Assembly: GCA_951406725.2 (NCBI GenBank)
Contig: OX597838.1
Span: 38,440,001 to 38,504,000, forward strand
DNA from: Octopus vulgaris
Lineage: Eukaryota
Length of the DNA stretch: 64,000 nucleotides
Direction of reading: 5' to 3'
Numbering within the stretch: the stretch's first letter is position 1; the number at the start of each line of letters is the position of its first letter. The notes beneath the pieces are model-generated. The model saw only the letters and a program-made list of their open reading frames with translations, searched no databases and was not told the DNA's origin. Below, in pieces: positions 1 through 13,291 of the stretch. Made by a program: the position numbers and the translations under genes.

Positions 1-188
1 CTTGATTTAAAACGTGATGTACTCCATGTCATATGTTTGCTATTCTTTATTCCAGAAAATTCCGTTCTATAGTAGAGATCGATAAGAGCACTTACTAGCA
101 TTTGAAATATAAGGGGAGATAATTTCAAGCAAGTAAATATACATTAATCGACTTAATATATTTAGAGTGCGCATATACATATATGGTT

Positions 189-603
189 ACTCTTTTACTC
201 TTTTACTCTTTTACTTGTTTCAGTCATTTGACTGCGCACATGCTTGAGCACCGCCTTTAATCGAATAAAACGAACCCGGGACTTATTCTTTGTAAGCCCA
301 GTACTTATTCTATCGGTCTCTTTTGCCGAACCGCTAAGTGACGGGGACGTAAACACACTAGCATCGGTTGTCAAGCAATGCTAGGGGGACAAACACAGAC
401 ACACAAATATACACACATATATATACATATACATATATACGACAGGCTTCTTTCAGTTTCCGTCTACCAAATCCACTCACAAGGCATTGGTTGGCCCGGG
501 GCTATAGCAGAAGACACTTGCCCAAGATGCCACGCAGTGGGACTGAACCCGGAACCATGTGGTTGGTTAGTAAGATACTTACCACACAGCCACTCCTGCG
601 CCT
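189..603 (-). mobile_element. tRNA-derived SINE, family A (internal CA/TA microsatellite)
   Basis: Minus strand starts AGGCGCAGGAGTGGCTGTGTGG (A box) ... GGTTCAGTCCC (B box) and ends in a (GAGTAAAA)n tail; more than 10 near-identical copies in the window. Confidence 0.9.
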
Positions 604-619
604 AGTAAAGTCTTAACAC

Positions 620-850
620 TTCTTACTTCATGTACTAACACCTGAGATCCATCATGGCGTTTGGTGTGGATTTTTACACCAGACAATGCATTGAAGAGAC
701 ACCCACATAGATTGCATATCTGGTTTGGACCACCAAGAGCTGCAGTTAAGTTCTGATCTTTGTAGGTCTTGAAATGTCTTTTGAGGTTTCCGGTAGATTT
801 GCTGCTTTGCAGGCCTTATGCCATACACGGCGTCGAAAGGTGTTCACAGA
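620..850 (-). pseudogene. RTE-like LINE ORF2 C-terminal remnant
   Basis: Minus-strand translation PNQICNLCGCLFNALSGVKIHTKRH resembles the RTE/BovB C-terminal CxxC...H finger. Confidence 0.45.
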
Positions 851-1019
851 CACATTAAAATCCTATGCATATGAAGTCGATTAATGTATATTTACTTGCT
901 TGAAATTACCTCCCCTTTTATTTGTATCTACATGGGAGCGCGTAAACAATCAAATATCCATGACGTATACATGGCGGCGGCGGCGGTTGGGGATAACCAT
1001 GATGGAAAGGAAATTGTTA

Positions 1020-1323
1020 ATGATAATGCTACTGAATGAAGCGATAATGCTGATAATCATCATAATGCTCATGATGGTGATGGTGATGGTGATGATGATG
1101 ATGATGAGGATGAGGAGGAGGAGGAGGAGGAGGATGATAGTGATGATAGTGATGATGACGGTGGTGGTGATGTGACCACGATGATGATGAAGATGAGGAG
1201 GAGGTGCAGGAGGAGGAGAAAGGGGTGGAGGAGGATAATGATTAACAAAGAAGGAGGTAGATAATGTTGGTGGCGAAGTGGATTAATTGAGATGACGACG
1301 ACGACGACGATGATGATGACGGC

Positions 1324-1364
<41 letters not shown>

Positions 1365-1700
1365 GGATGATGATGACGATGACGATGATGATGATGATGA
1401 GGATGAGGATGATGATGACGATGATGATGATGATGATGATGAGATGATGACGATGATGATGACGATGATGATGATGATGATCATGATGATGAGGGTGATG
1501 ATGATGATGAGGACGATGACGATGACGGCGATGATGATGAGGAGGAGGAGGATGTGCAGGAGGAGGAGGAAGGGGGACGTGGAGGATAATGTTTAAGAAA
1601 AACGGAGAAAGATGTTGGCGAAATTGATAATTGAGATGATGACGACGACCACCACGATGATGATGATAATGAGGATGATTATCATCACCGTCATCTTCAT
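1020..1700. repeat. (GAT)n/(GAG)n compound microsatellite with a diverged ~350-bp internal duplication
   Basis: Visible repeat; 1200-1290 resembles 1550-1645. Confidence 0.9.
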
Positions 1701-1799
1701 CACGACCGATATATAAAATAAGTGCTCCAAGTATTGTACGAGATTTGTCGATATGAAATGAAAAGTGCTTTAACTGAATGAATATTTTAAGTGATGCAA

Positions 1800-1807
1800 T
1801 ATATAAA

Positions 1808-1859
<52 letters not shown>

Positions 1860-1996
1860 CATCCATATATATATATATATATATTATATATATAACTAGA
1901 TATGTGTGTGGGGGTGTATTCATATATATGTATATGGGCATGTATGTATGTGTGTATATAAAAATATACATATGTGTATATATGCATATATATATA

Positions 1997-2027
<31 letters not shown>

Positions 2028-2530
2028 TAAGATATATACATATATATATCTCTGTAGGTATGCACATGTATACATATATGTGTGCATGTATGTGTATATA
2101 TACATATGTATATATATATATGCATGTATATATATGTTTGTGTATATATATATATATACATATGTATATATGTAAGTTCATATATATATGCATATAAGTA
2201 TATATATATTTATATATATTTATATATATGTATGTATGTATATAAATACACATGTATATATGTGCATGTGTATATATTATATATATGTATATATATAAAT
2301 ATTTTGCATTTGTATATATTTATGCATATACATATGTATATGTACACATACATATATATATGTATATATATGTATATGTACATATATATATGCACGTGTA
2401 GATGTGTATGTATATATATATATATATATATGTTTGTATGTGTATATATATACATATTTATATATATATATATATACACATATGTGTATATATATGCCTG
2501 GGTATATGTATGTATGTTATCATGTGTGGG
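1800..2530. repeat. (TA)n/(TG)n low-complexity tract
   Basis: Visible repeat; similar tracts at 13560-14030, 17230-17820, 60780-62320 and elsewhere. Confidence 0.95.
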
Positions 2531-2921
2531 GGGAGGTGGCTGTAAGTGAGTATGCTTAAGTGAGATCGAATTTGAATTCGTTAGTACTAGCGGTCGAAGA
2601 TGGTTTGTCTGGGATTACTCATATCAGACGGGTATGTTCGATTTTTAGTGCTCTCAAAATCAAACCTAAAGAAATCTTGGGCTGATGACGCAAATGTTGA
2701 TCTCTATATCCAACTAATCCAGAAATGGCGTTCTCAAGTAATCGATATACGTGTGATCTTTCGTTATTTTTCCCTCTATACCTGCGTGAATTATTTTTGA
2801 GTATACGTTGTCTGGGAGACTTTTCTTATAGTAGAGGAAATAGCTAAGATTTTTTGTCTGCTATTTCTAAAAGTCGGTGTGTGGTAAAGTAAATTATTTT
2901 ACTGAACCCTCATTATATAAC

Positions 2922-2979
<58 letters not shown>

Positions 2980-3056
2980 GAACGATTGCAAGATGGTAAG
3001 TTCAATTACCGGCGATGCGTTATGTCCTTGAGCAAGACAATTTATTTCAATTTATG

Positions 3057-3393
3057 ACGGCGCATGGCTCATTGGTTAGAGCGTCAAGCTTACGATCGCG
3101 AGGTTGTGAGGTCGAATCTTGGACCAGGCTGTGTGCTGTGTTCTTGAGCAAAACATTTTATTTCATGTTGGTCCAGTTCACTCAGCTGTAGAAATGAGTT
3201 GCGATGTCAGAGGTGCCAAGCTGTATCGGCCCCTTTGCCTTACCCTTGGATAACACTTGGTGGCGTGGGGAGGTGGAAGCCGGCAAGCATGGGCGACTGC
3301 TGGTCTTCCATAAACAACCTCATCCGGACTTGTACCTCGGAGGGTAACTTTGTAGCTGCAATACCATGGTCATTCATGACCGAAGGAGGTCTC
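3057..3393 (+). mobile_element. tRNA-derived SINE, family C
   Basis: tRNA-like head GGCGCATGGCTCATTGGTTAGAGC...GGTCGAATC; homologous copies at 22135-22380 (+), 26156-26540 (-), 38414-38748 (-), 54566-54764 (+, 3' part). Confidence 0.85.
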
Positions 3394-3435
3394 AACACAC
3401 ACACACAAACACACACACACATACACACATACACA

Positions 3436-3527
<92 letters not shown>

Positions 3528-3745
3528 AACATATACATATATATATATGAATTATTAATGTGGTTATTCGCAATTTAGAACCGATAGGTAAGACGTACAA
3601 TCGTCACTAAAATTACGGAGGGTGGGGGTAAGAAATATAAGTCAAAATCACCCACGTAACAAAGTGTTGTTTTGACTCTTATTTCTAGCAATGCTCTTGC
3701 TTACTAGCACCTTCTGTCACTCTGGTGTTGACAGTACTTCTTGCC

Positions 3746-3777
<32 letters not shown>

Positions 3778-4149
3778 CACACATGTATATATGTATGTAT
3801 ATATGTACGTATATTATTGCATTTTATAAATCATACGAATGCAATGGTGCATGCCATCGACTACAAGAGATCTTTAGCTGTTTGCATTCGCGTTATTTAT
3901 TTAGCCATTACTTATTTGGGTGTTTTTTTTTTCATCTCTATCAGTTTATTTATCTATTTATTCCCCTATGTCTATATTTACCTGTTTTTTTTTTCTGTCT
4001 CTATTTGTCTGTCCTTTCTTTCGTGTAACTTATGGGGAAGAGACACGCCACAAATTCTTATTTTAGTAACTCCTAACAACCTCCATAAACATCATTATTT
4101 TTTTTTAATTGAAATATCAGATTACCATCATCATCATCATCATCATCAA

Positions 4150-4202
<53 letters not shown>

Positions 4203-4444
4203 CCACCACCACCTATATATATATATATAAAGTGGACGACGATGATGATAATGATGATGAGGAGGAGGTGGAGGTGGATGATGGCAATCCGATATTCCAA
4301 TCAAAAATGGTGTGTGAGTGTGTATTTTTATTGTTTTACTCCTTTACACATTTCAGTCATTTAAATGCGGTCATGCTGGAGCACCGCCTTTAGTCGAAGA
4401 AATCGACCCCCAAGACGTATTCTCTTTAAGCCTAGTATTTATTC

Positions 4445-4990
4445 TATCGGTCATTTATTTGATATTAATTGGTTGAAGGAGAGGTTTTCTTCTAGTTGCT
4501 CGTCCATAGTACCCAAACTTATGCAGATATGTAACACACGTTCTTGGACTAACTTCTAGTTGTTTTGCAATGTCAGAAGCCTTCGAACAGGGTTCGTTTT
4601 CCACAATTCTCTTCAAACAGCGAAGTTTCCTTTCTGAGGGCCCAGGTCTGCCGGGACGAGAATCTGTTGATTCTTTTCCCCTTGGCTTTTTAATTGCACA
4701 ATAATTCTAGTAACAGTAGCAAGAGGAATTTGAAGATTTTCGCCAAGTTTTCGCAGACTAAGACCAGCTTCAGATTGCCCACCAATACAATCTCTTTAAA
4801 AATCTGACAGTTATTCTGAATTTTTTGTACGTGGCATTGTTACTCTTCGTAAACGTTTCATATAATGGCATCTGGAAAGAAAAAGAATGACTATATTGCA
4901 AATTCTACACCATGGAAAATATATTAAGACGCTTAGATCAGAAATTTTGAAAATTAATGGTGTCTATTTACTTCCTGCATGTCTGTGTAG
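4445..4990 (-). mobile_element. Tc1-like transposon 5' fragment
   Basis: TIR at 4959-4985 matches the TIR at 10830-10857; decayed N-terminus from 4837 (MPRTKNSE*LSDF*RDCIGGQSEAG) is homologous to MSCTIEALKLSEYQRGCIAVHSEVG at 9760. Confidence 0.7.
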
Positions 4991-5019
4991 AATTGCTGCT
5001 GTAAACTTTAGATCACCAT

Positions 5020-5233
5020 TCTCTTTTCTCTTTTAATTGTTTCAGTCATTTTACTATGTCCATGCTGGAGCACCACCGCCTTTAGTCGACCAAATCGACC
5101 CCAGGACTTATTTTTTCTAAGCCTAGTACTTATTCTATCGGTCTCTTTTTGCCGAAACGCTAAGATACGGGGACGTAAACACACCAGTATCTGTTGTCAA
5201 GCAATGTTGGGGGGAACAAACACAGACACACAA

Positions 5234-5309
<76 letters not shown>

Positions 5310-5482
5310 TATATATACATATATACGGCGGCTTCTTTCAGTTTCCGTCTACCAAATCCACTCACAAGGCTTTGGTCGGCCGGAGGCTATAGTAGAAAAC
5401 ACTTACACAAGGTGCCACGCAGTGGTATCGAACCCAGAACCATGTGGTTGGTAAGCAAGCTACTTACCTCACAGCCACTCCA
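5020..5482 (-). mobile_element. SINE family A
   Basis: Homology to 189-603. Confidence 0.9.
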
Positions 5483-5994
5483 TGTAGATAATCATCGACC
5501 TTTCTCCTTCCAGTATAGTGGTTAAGCAAGTACTATACTTCGTAGTTTTACCAGTAAATATTCACACATCAAATGCATGAGAAATTACGATAAGCGTTAG
5601 TTTACTTCATTAGTTCTTTGTAGTATAATGCAATGAGGCATTTGCTGATGACCCGTAGGGGATGAGCATCTTATTGCAATCGGAAGGTCACATGCAGAAC
5701 TCGGAACAAACAGGAGGGTAAAACGTACACGGGAACTAAAAATGCAACCGTGGGTTTATCGTCATTTCGGACATATATGTATCGATTCGCAATACATATA
5801 TGTGGGGTGTATGAAAAGATATGAGCCATCAATGCTCCTGTACCTTCATCAGAAGTCTTGTACAATGTTCTTTTTTTGTTTTGTTTATTTGAGGCTCAAG
5901 ATTTTTCATACACCCCTCGTATATATACAAGCTCGCGTGAGTGTGTGTGTGTAAAAAGAAATCGAATAAAATCATTTAAAAAAACTTTTATGAA

Positions 5995-6375
5995 CAAGGC
6001 CCGACATTTAGTGGGAGGGGCCAGCCGATTAGATCGACCTCATTATGTAACTGCTACTTAATATATCGACCCCGAAAGGACAAAAGCCAAAGTCGATCAC
6101 GGCAGAATTTGAACTTAGAACTTAAAGACAGATGAAATACCTACTTCTTTACTACCTACAAGGGGCTACACACAAAGAGGACAAACAAGGACAGACAAAC
6201 GGATTAAGTCGATTATATCGACCCCGGTGCATAACTGCTACTTAATTTCATCGACCACGAAAGGATGACAGGCAAAGTCGACCTCAGTGGAATTTGAACT
6301 CAGAACGTAACGGCAGACGAAATACCGCTAAGCATTTCGCCCGGCGTGCTAACGTTTCTGCCAGCCGGCCGCCTT
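5995..6375 (-). mobile_element. tRNA-derived SINE family B (Meta/MESC-like core), two-unit array
   Basis: Head GGCGG..GCTGGCAGAAACGTTAGC, B box GAGTTCAAATTC, family core GCCTTTCATCCTTTCGGGGTCGATAAATTAAGTACCAG resembling the metazoan Meta/MESC SINE domain. Confidence 0.85.
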
Positions 6376-6580
6376 AAAGCCGCATTAAATAACATAAAAG
6401 ATACAGTCTTGAGCCACTGAAGTAATTTTGTCTTCCAGACACAGTTAAGCCATTGCATAGCTATGGCAATTGCTAACTACTTAGAATGATAAGAGGAGAT
6501 AATCTCCAGAGACTATAATTCTGCGAAATGATACATACATACATATATATATAAATATATATGCATATATATATGTTTAT

Positions 6581-6589
<9 letters not shown>

Positions 6590-6639
<50 letters not shown>

Positions 6640-6954
6640 GTGTGTATAGGTATGTGTGTGTGTGAGTGTGTGAGTGAGAGAGAGAGAGTCTGTCTGTGTC
6701 TTTTTGTCTGTGATAGTCTACCATTACTGATTGATAAGCAGTGTTGGTATGCTTACGTCCCCGTAACTTGGCGCTTCGGAAAAAGAGATCGATAGAATAC
6801 GTATCCGGCTTACAAGCCAAAGAATTATGATAAATATTATCGGCGCTTCGTTCGACTAAAATACTTCAAAGCGGTGTCCCAGCATGGCCGCAGGTTAATC
6901 ATTGAAACAAGTGTAAGATAAAGGTTTATATATATATGTGCGTGTGTATGTGTG

Positions 6955-7010
<56 letters not shown>

Positions 7011-7032
7011 GTGTGTGTGTGTGTGTGTGTGT

Positions 7033-7063
<31 letters not shown>

Positions 7064-7768
7064 ATGTATATATATATATATATATATATACACATGTTAT
7101 GTGTACATTTCTCTGCTTGTTCTACGAATGTATGTATTGTATGTAATTGAGGGGGCATGGCGTGCTAGAAACGGTGCATCGAACAATAATAAATTATGAT
7201 TTTTACCGTTTCGTTTTAGCCACTTTTCATTTTGAGTTCTTTGTTTCTTTCACCCGCGAGATCGATATAACCCGACGAAGGCCAACTTAAAATCTGCTGC
7301 TCCAGCATGGCTGTATTCCAATGACTAAAACCATTAAAAGAATCAATGAATACATAGGCAGAAACATCTTTTAGTTAAGTGTTATTCTTCTAATACAGAA
7401 TTTTCTCCTCCAGAAAAATATTTAGCACTGCGCCATTTAATTGGCATCGTTATTAACGTAGTTTAGGTACTTTGTGCCAAGTAGCAACTATACTAACTAA
7501 CCAATTCTTTTGTTACCTGCACTGCAATATCGGAGAATTTACCGTTTCCTATTATTAAACAGCACTCAGTTCCTGGTGATTTGCTATGTGCAATCTTTGC
7601 CGTCTTTTCATGAATACAATTATATTCCTTATCACATCTTACTGCACCCGGTTTCATTTTAATTACCTAGCTTGTTTGTTTGGTATTCAGCCCCAGGATT
7701 TATACTACAGTGATCGAGCATTCTTACGACCAAAACCGTTCCAGTTGTGACCATCCAGTCTTTATAAA

Positions 7769-7810
<42 letters not shown>

Positions 7811-8030
7811 AGCCTTTATCTTACACTTGTTTCAATAATTAACCTGCGGGTTATATCGATCTCGCGGGTGAAAGAAACAAAGAACTCAAAATGAAAAGTG
7901 TTTAAAACGAAACGGTAAAACTCATAATTTATTATTGTTCGATGCACCGTTTCTTGCACGCCATGCCCTCTCAAATACATACAATACATACATTCGTAGT
8001 ACAAGCAGAGAAACGTACGCATAACATGTG

Positions 8031-8069
<39 letters not shown>

Positions 8070-8560
8070 CACGTACACACCACACACACACACGCACACA
8101 CACACACACACACACATATATATACACACACGCACACACGCACACACGCGCACACACGCACACACGCACACACACACACACGCACGCACACACACACACA
8201 CGCACACACACACACACACACACGCCCACACACACACACATATATATATACATATATAAACCTTTACCTTACACTTGTTTCAATGATTAACCTGCGGCCA
8301 TGCTCGGACACCGCTTTGAAGCATTTTAGTCGAACGAATCGCCGACAATACTTATCATAGTTCTTTGGTTTGTAAGCCGGATACGTATTCTATCGATCTC
8401 TTTTTCCGAAGCGCCAAGTTACGGGGACGTAAGCATACCAACACTGGTTATCAATCGGTAATGGTAGACTATCACAGACAAAAACAGACAGACTCTCTCT
8501 CTCTCTCACTCACACACTCACACACACACATACCTATACACACACACACACACACACACA
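6590..8560. repeat. Local inverted duplication (~690-bp arms, ~570-bp spacer)
   Basis: 6590-7274 is the reverse complement of 7847-8560, including non-SINE sequence. Confidence 0.9.
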
Positions 8561-8589
8561 CGCGCGCATAAACGCACACATACACACAT

Positions 8590-9470
8590 AGAAGGTGCGG
8601 GGAATAAGCTGTCGTCTAAATTGCGAAAAAATGAAAACATCACTGACATCTCATTTTAACAGATATATTTACCAAAATTACATAAAAATGTCATGAAATA
8701 CTAAAGAGTATATTTACTCCATAAAATCGCCATTGGCTTCAGCCACAGCCTCCAGGCGACTTTGGAATCTCCTGCAACCCTTCTGGATGGTCTCCTTGTT
8801 TAAGTTGGTGAATGGTGCTATAATCCTTGCCTTCAGTTTATCTTTGTTGTTACAAGGAGTTTTGTTGGTCTCTCACTCAACTGCTCCCCACACATAATAT
8901 TCAAGGGAGTTGCAGTCTGGGGAGTTTGGTGACCAGATGTTAGGGGTATGTGGTTGCTGTAACAGTCTGACAGCTATCAGCCATGACTGGGTTCTCCTGC
9001 TTGTGTAGCATGGTGCAGAGTCCTGTTGCCAGACATTAGGGTCTTCCAGCAGACATCCTATTGAGCCAAGGCAGTACTACCTCCTCCAGGCACTTGATAC
9101 AGGCCTCCATGTTGAGTCTGTGGCCGTGTGGGAAGATGAATGAAGGCATGACGTCGCCATCATTAGTGATCACTCCAAACACCATGATGTTGACTGTGTA
9201 TTTGATTTTTTATCATTCTCGGTACATGTTCTCAGATTGCATTGTTCTCAGATTGACACCCAAAACACTCTGGAATATTCGTATTGGGGTTTCCGACGCG
9301 AATGCCAAGCAGTACAGCATGTTTTTTTCTAAATTTCTGCCAGAGTGAATTGCGTCATGGTGCCCCACTGACCCTACTATACTGTATAGTAGACAAAATC
9401 AGAAACAAACAGTGCGCATGCATAAAAATTAATATGAAATGGTGAAAATTTACCCATCACAGCCTGTCTA
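8590..9470 (-). mobile_element. Tc1/mariner superfamily (maT/DD37D-like) transposon remnant
   Basis: Minus-strand motifs QQDSAPCYTSRRTQSWL and WSPNSPDCNSLEYYVWG; internally deleted, with stops. Confidence 0.75.
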
Positions 9471-9631
9471 TATATATATATATATCTATAATAGTAATTG
9501 ATAGACTGAAACTATAGTTGGAAACATTTGCCCAGAGTACCATGCAGTGGGTATGAACCCGGAACCACGTACCTGGAAAGCAAATGCCTTATACATTCAC
9601 ACATACACAACTCCCCACACACATATATACA

Positions 9632-10859
9632 CACACATGTTGGAAGTAAAAAGACAACCCATAAAACATCGTTTTCTGTTTATTCTAACTTGTAAAGGTT
9701 TATATTTTTTATTAGTTGACATTTTTTATGTTTCAGATTCTATACGTGACTGTTTAATAATGTCGTGTACAATAGAAGCTTTGAAACTGTCTGAATATCA
9801 AAGAGGCTGTATTGCGGTTCATTCTGAAGTTGGACGCAGCGTAAAATCGCAGAAAACCTTGGGGTCCAGCTTTCTTCAGTTAATAGTGATTGTGCAACTC
9901 ATAGACATGGGAAAGAGTCCACATCACCTTGTCCAGATCAACCAGAGCCCTCTGACGGAACCCTTCTCTTTGCTAAGAGATGTGTGGGGGATAATCCTTG
10001 TTGCAAGACCTCTGATATAGCAGAGCAAGTTGATGTCAGTCCCAGAACAGCTGTCGGGTATCTCCACAAACTTGATTACTATGGCAGAGCAGGAAGACAG
10101 AAGCCACATCTTTGACCAGCCAATATGAAGCAGAGAAAAGATTAGGCTAGTGAGATGGTGGAGAGGCCACTAGCATTTTGGGACACTGTCATATTCTTTG
10201 ATGAGTCCAGATTTGCCGTATTTCTTAACAGTGGTCGAGTGTGGGTCTGGTGACTCTGTGATCAGGAATTTGATGTGAAAAGATTGTAACCAGCAATGAA
10301 ATACAGCAGCTATTTTGTGATGGTCTGTGGAATAATTTGGAGCAATGGTTGATCAGAGCTTGTGGAGTGTGAGGGAAAGATGAACTCAAATAAATAAGTG
10401 TCTATATTGCAGAAAGGACTCCTTCCAAACTTCTCCAGGGGTAAAATGTTTAAAGAAGACTCTCTATGGAAGATAGGATTCCTTGTCATACGGTTAAAAT
10501 GATCCAATATTTGTTAGAAAAGAATGGCATAAGAAAGATTCCATAGCCAAGCCAGTCACCAGATATCAACCCTATAGAACACCTCTGGGGCATGACAGGA
10601 TATTTCATAAACAGAACAAGAAAGCATCTTCAAAGCCACATCTTTTGAAATTATTGCATGAAATTTAGCAAGAGAATAATCGTCATCTGACCAATAGCCT
10701 GCCTAATAGGGTCCTTGTATTGAAGAATGCAAAGAGCATGTCTACTAAATATCAAATGTTTACATTATAACAACTAACAAATAATTTGAATGTATAGTTT
10801 CAGATGTAAAGAAATTTTAATGATTATAAGAGTGTCTATTTACTTCTTTCATATCTGTA
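9632..10859 (+). mobile_element. Decayed full-span Tc1 (DD34E) element
   Basis: Degenerate TIRs, 3' TA; motifs WDTVIFFDESRF, ECEGKMNS, PSQSPDINPIEHLW; many stops and frameshifts. Confidence 0.85.
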
Positions 10860-10904
10860 TACACACACACACACACACACGCACACACACACACAAATAT
10901 ATAT

Positions 10905-12252
10905 ATATATATATGAAAGAGAGATTTTGTTCGTTTGTTTGCTCGTTTGTTTGTCCACTAAAATGAAACGGAATGGTTCAGGGGGACCTTTTTCTATATA
11001 TATATAAAATCGAAATTATGTCTATTTCTCCGGCAAAATGAAAGTATCTGGTTCAAGGGAAGCTATTATGCTATTGCCTAATTTTTTCACATTCAGTCCT
11101 ATATGTAATTCCACTGATTCCTTCGATAATTTGGTGGTTGACACCTTTCCTAATCTTCTTCATAATTACAATACATATTGGATCTGTGAACGACCTATAC
11201 TGCTTCCAAAAATGTTGCTGAATAAACTTCCAAGAGAAATATTCACTTATAACTCGATTGGCAATTTTATTGATGATCAGGATATTGTTAACTACCCCAT
11301 CGAATTTCTGAACTCCCTAGATCCACCAGGAACAGCTCCTCAATGTCTTCAGCTGCAAAAAGGGACTCCTATTATGCTATTGCGTAATTTGTCTCATCCA
11401 AAATTATGCAATGGTACAAGATTAATTGTGCACAAACTTATGACGAAGTGCACTGAGGCAAATATCCTCACTGGTTGTGGTGAAGATGAGATCGTTTTCA
11501 TTCCGCGGATACCAGTAATACCATGTAATGTCCCATTCCAAATTAAGCGGTTACAGTCTCCTATCCCACTTCCTTATTGTATCAGCATTAATAAAAGTCA
11601 GGGCTAAACACTGATAACTGATGGATTGCAACTTGAACAACCATGCTTTACACATGGCCAACTTTATGTACGAGCAGCACGTGCAGAAGCAAAAGCAAAT
11701 CTTTCTGCTTATGTACCCTGAACTAAAACAAAAAAAAAACAAAACAAACATTGTTTATAAAGAAATATTCACTCTTAATGCATTTTGTATACTTCAAAAT
11801 CTTAATTTGCCATTACTATCATTACACTCAAGAATGAGTAAATTACCCATTTAAATGAAGTGTATTATATAATAGCCATTGCCGCATTGGTAAATAAAAT
11901 AACACATACAACTCACTTCTTATAATGATATAATAAACAAACAGAATTTCATGTATGAAATTGATCTTTTTATACTCCAATTATTACATGGTTTTCTCTT
12001 ATAACAATATTACATAACTGCCATTACTGTATTAGTAAATAAAATAACACACTTAGTATTACCATATAATAAACAAACAGAAGTTCACGTGTGAAATTGA
12101 TCTTTTTTTTACTTAAATTATCACATATTTTTCTCTTATAAAAATACACTCATACAGGAGGCGTAAATTATATATATAATAATACTTTGAGTGTGGATCC
12201 TGGTAAAAAGTAAAAGAAATTACCCGATCGAACGACAGGTATTACTTCTACT
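10905..12252 (+). mobile_element. Internally deleted Helitron carrying a PIF1 helicase fragment
   Basis: 5' TCTATATATATAAAA-type end at ~10993; ORF 11038-11607 with YPIEFLNSL, PIMLLRNL..PKLCNGTRL, IPRIP, INKSQG*TL, then frameshifted CFTHGQLYV; degenerate 3' hairpin TACCCG..CAGGTA at ~12221-12241. Confidence 0.9.
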
Positions 12253-12351
12253 ATATATTTATATATATAGTAAAAGCAATTAAGATTCAAGTGAGTTCTG
12301 TTGAATTCACATGAATGCGGTACTTAACTTAGATGCACAACTTAGATGTTT

Positions 12352-12441
12352 TTTCGTCTGATGAGTACGGGTCACTTGCATTTGCTGCAATATGTGCAGC
12401 CTTAATAAAGCTGGTCTTCGTATGAAACAATTGTACCGAAA
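12352..12441 (+). ncRNA. Minimal type-I hammerhead ribozyme fold
   Basis: tttcgt-CTGATGA-gtacg...cgtat-GAAAC-aatt-GTA-ccgaaa; palindromic stem III ACAATTGT; one stem-I mismatch next to the core. Confidence 0.7.
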
Positions 12442-12472
12442 TATTGATCCATTTTTGTTGCTTTTTTCTTGC

Positions 12473-12527
<55 letters not shown>

Positions 12528-12552
12528 ATATGTGACAATTAGCTGGTTGTCA

Positions 12553-12615
12553 TAATAAAACTCAGAGTTTAGGATGCCGGGGCTGAAGTTTGCTCCGGCA
12601 TCTCATCAATTATTA
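12553..12615 (-). ncRNA. Mutated hammerhead ribozyme fold
   Basis: taataa-TTGATGA-gatgccgg..ccggcatc-c-TAAAC-tctga-GTT-ttatta; two core substitutions; paralogue of 14061-14123. Confidence 0.55.
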
Positions 12616-13219
12616 AGACAAAATCACTATGAAAAAAACGTTGGATAAATGGAAAGTAAAACTTCGTTCATAGAATCCACACAATTACACATATATATAC
12701 ACGCACATATACACGTACTCACACACAAACACGCGTGTACATATATCTATATACATACTCACACACGCGTGTACATATATACATATATATGTCTACGCAT
12801 ACACGCACATACATACGCATATATACGCATGCACGTATCAATACGCGTGTCACATATGTTTATCAATAAATTCCTCTATTCTATATAATATCGAGGTCCC
12901 ATTAATTCTTTGTTGTCATATTATTATTTTTAATATATGTATATATATATATATATGTATGTATATACATACATATATATATTGTGCACAATATATATAT
13001 TTAAAAAACGAGGGTGATGAATTGAATTTTAAAATAATTATGTTCTCTAATTGGCAACATTGACTGCAGTAAATTATCTGCTGCAGAACTGTTTCCGGAC
13101 TTTAGCACGCCAGAACTTAGACATTTGAAAATAACCCCAATGAAATCGGTTGAACTGAGCACGTGTCTGGTTTTATATGGACAACTGTTTACTTTTACAA
13201 ATTAAATTGAATTGGAACG

Positions 13220-13291
13220 ATCGTACTGACGAGTCTACGGACGAAAAAATTACGTAAGTAATTATCGGTAATGACGAAACCGGTCTACGAT
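13220..13291 (+). ncRNA. Minimal type-I hammerhead ribozyme (intact core)
   Basis: atcgta-CTGACGA-gtc...gac-GAAAC-cg-GTC-tacgat: perfect 6-bp stem I, GUC cleavage triplet, palindromic ACCGGT stem III. Confidence 0.85.

Noticed and set aside
368-616. Recurring ORFs such as RQASFSFRLPNPLTR and MLEHRL seen at many loci
   Set aside because: Antisense translations of SINE family A, not a gene family
1069-2253. 394-aa ORF and the many YI/HT/CV/poly-residue ORFs in the track
   Set aside because: Translations of (TA)n, (CA)n and trinucleotide microsatellites, which lack stops by composition
11038-11607. Host PIF1 helicase gene
   Set aside because: Partial, with a stop after KSQG and a frameshift, and bounded by Helitron termini
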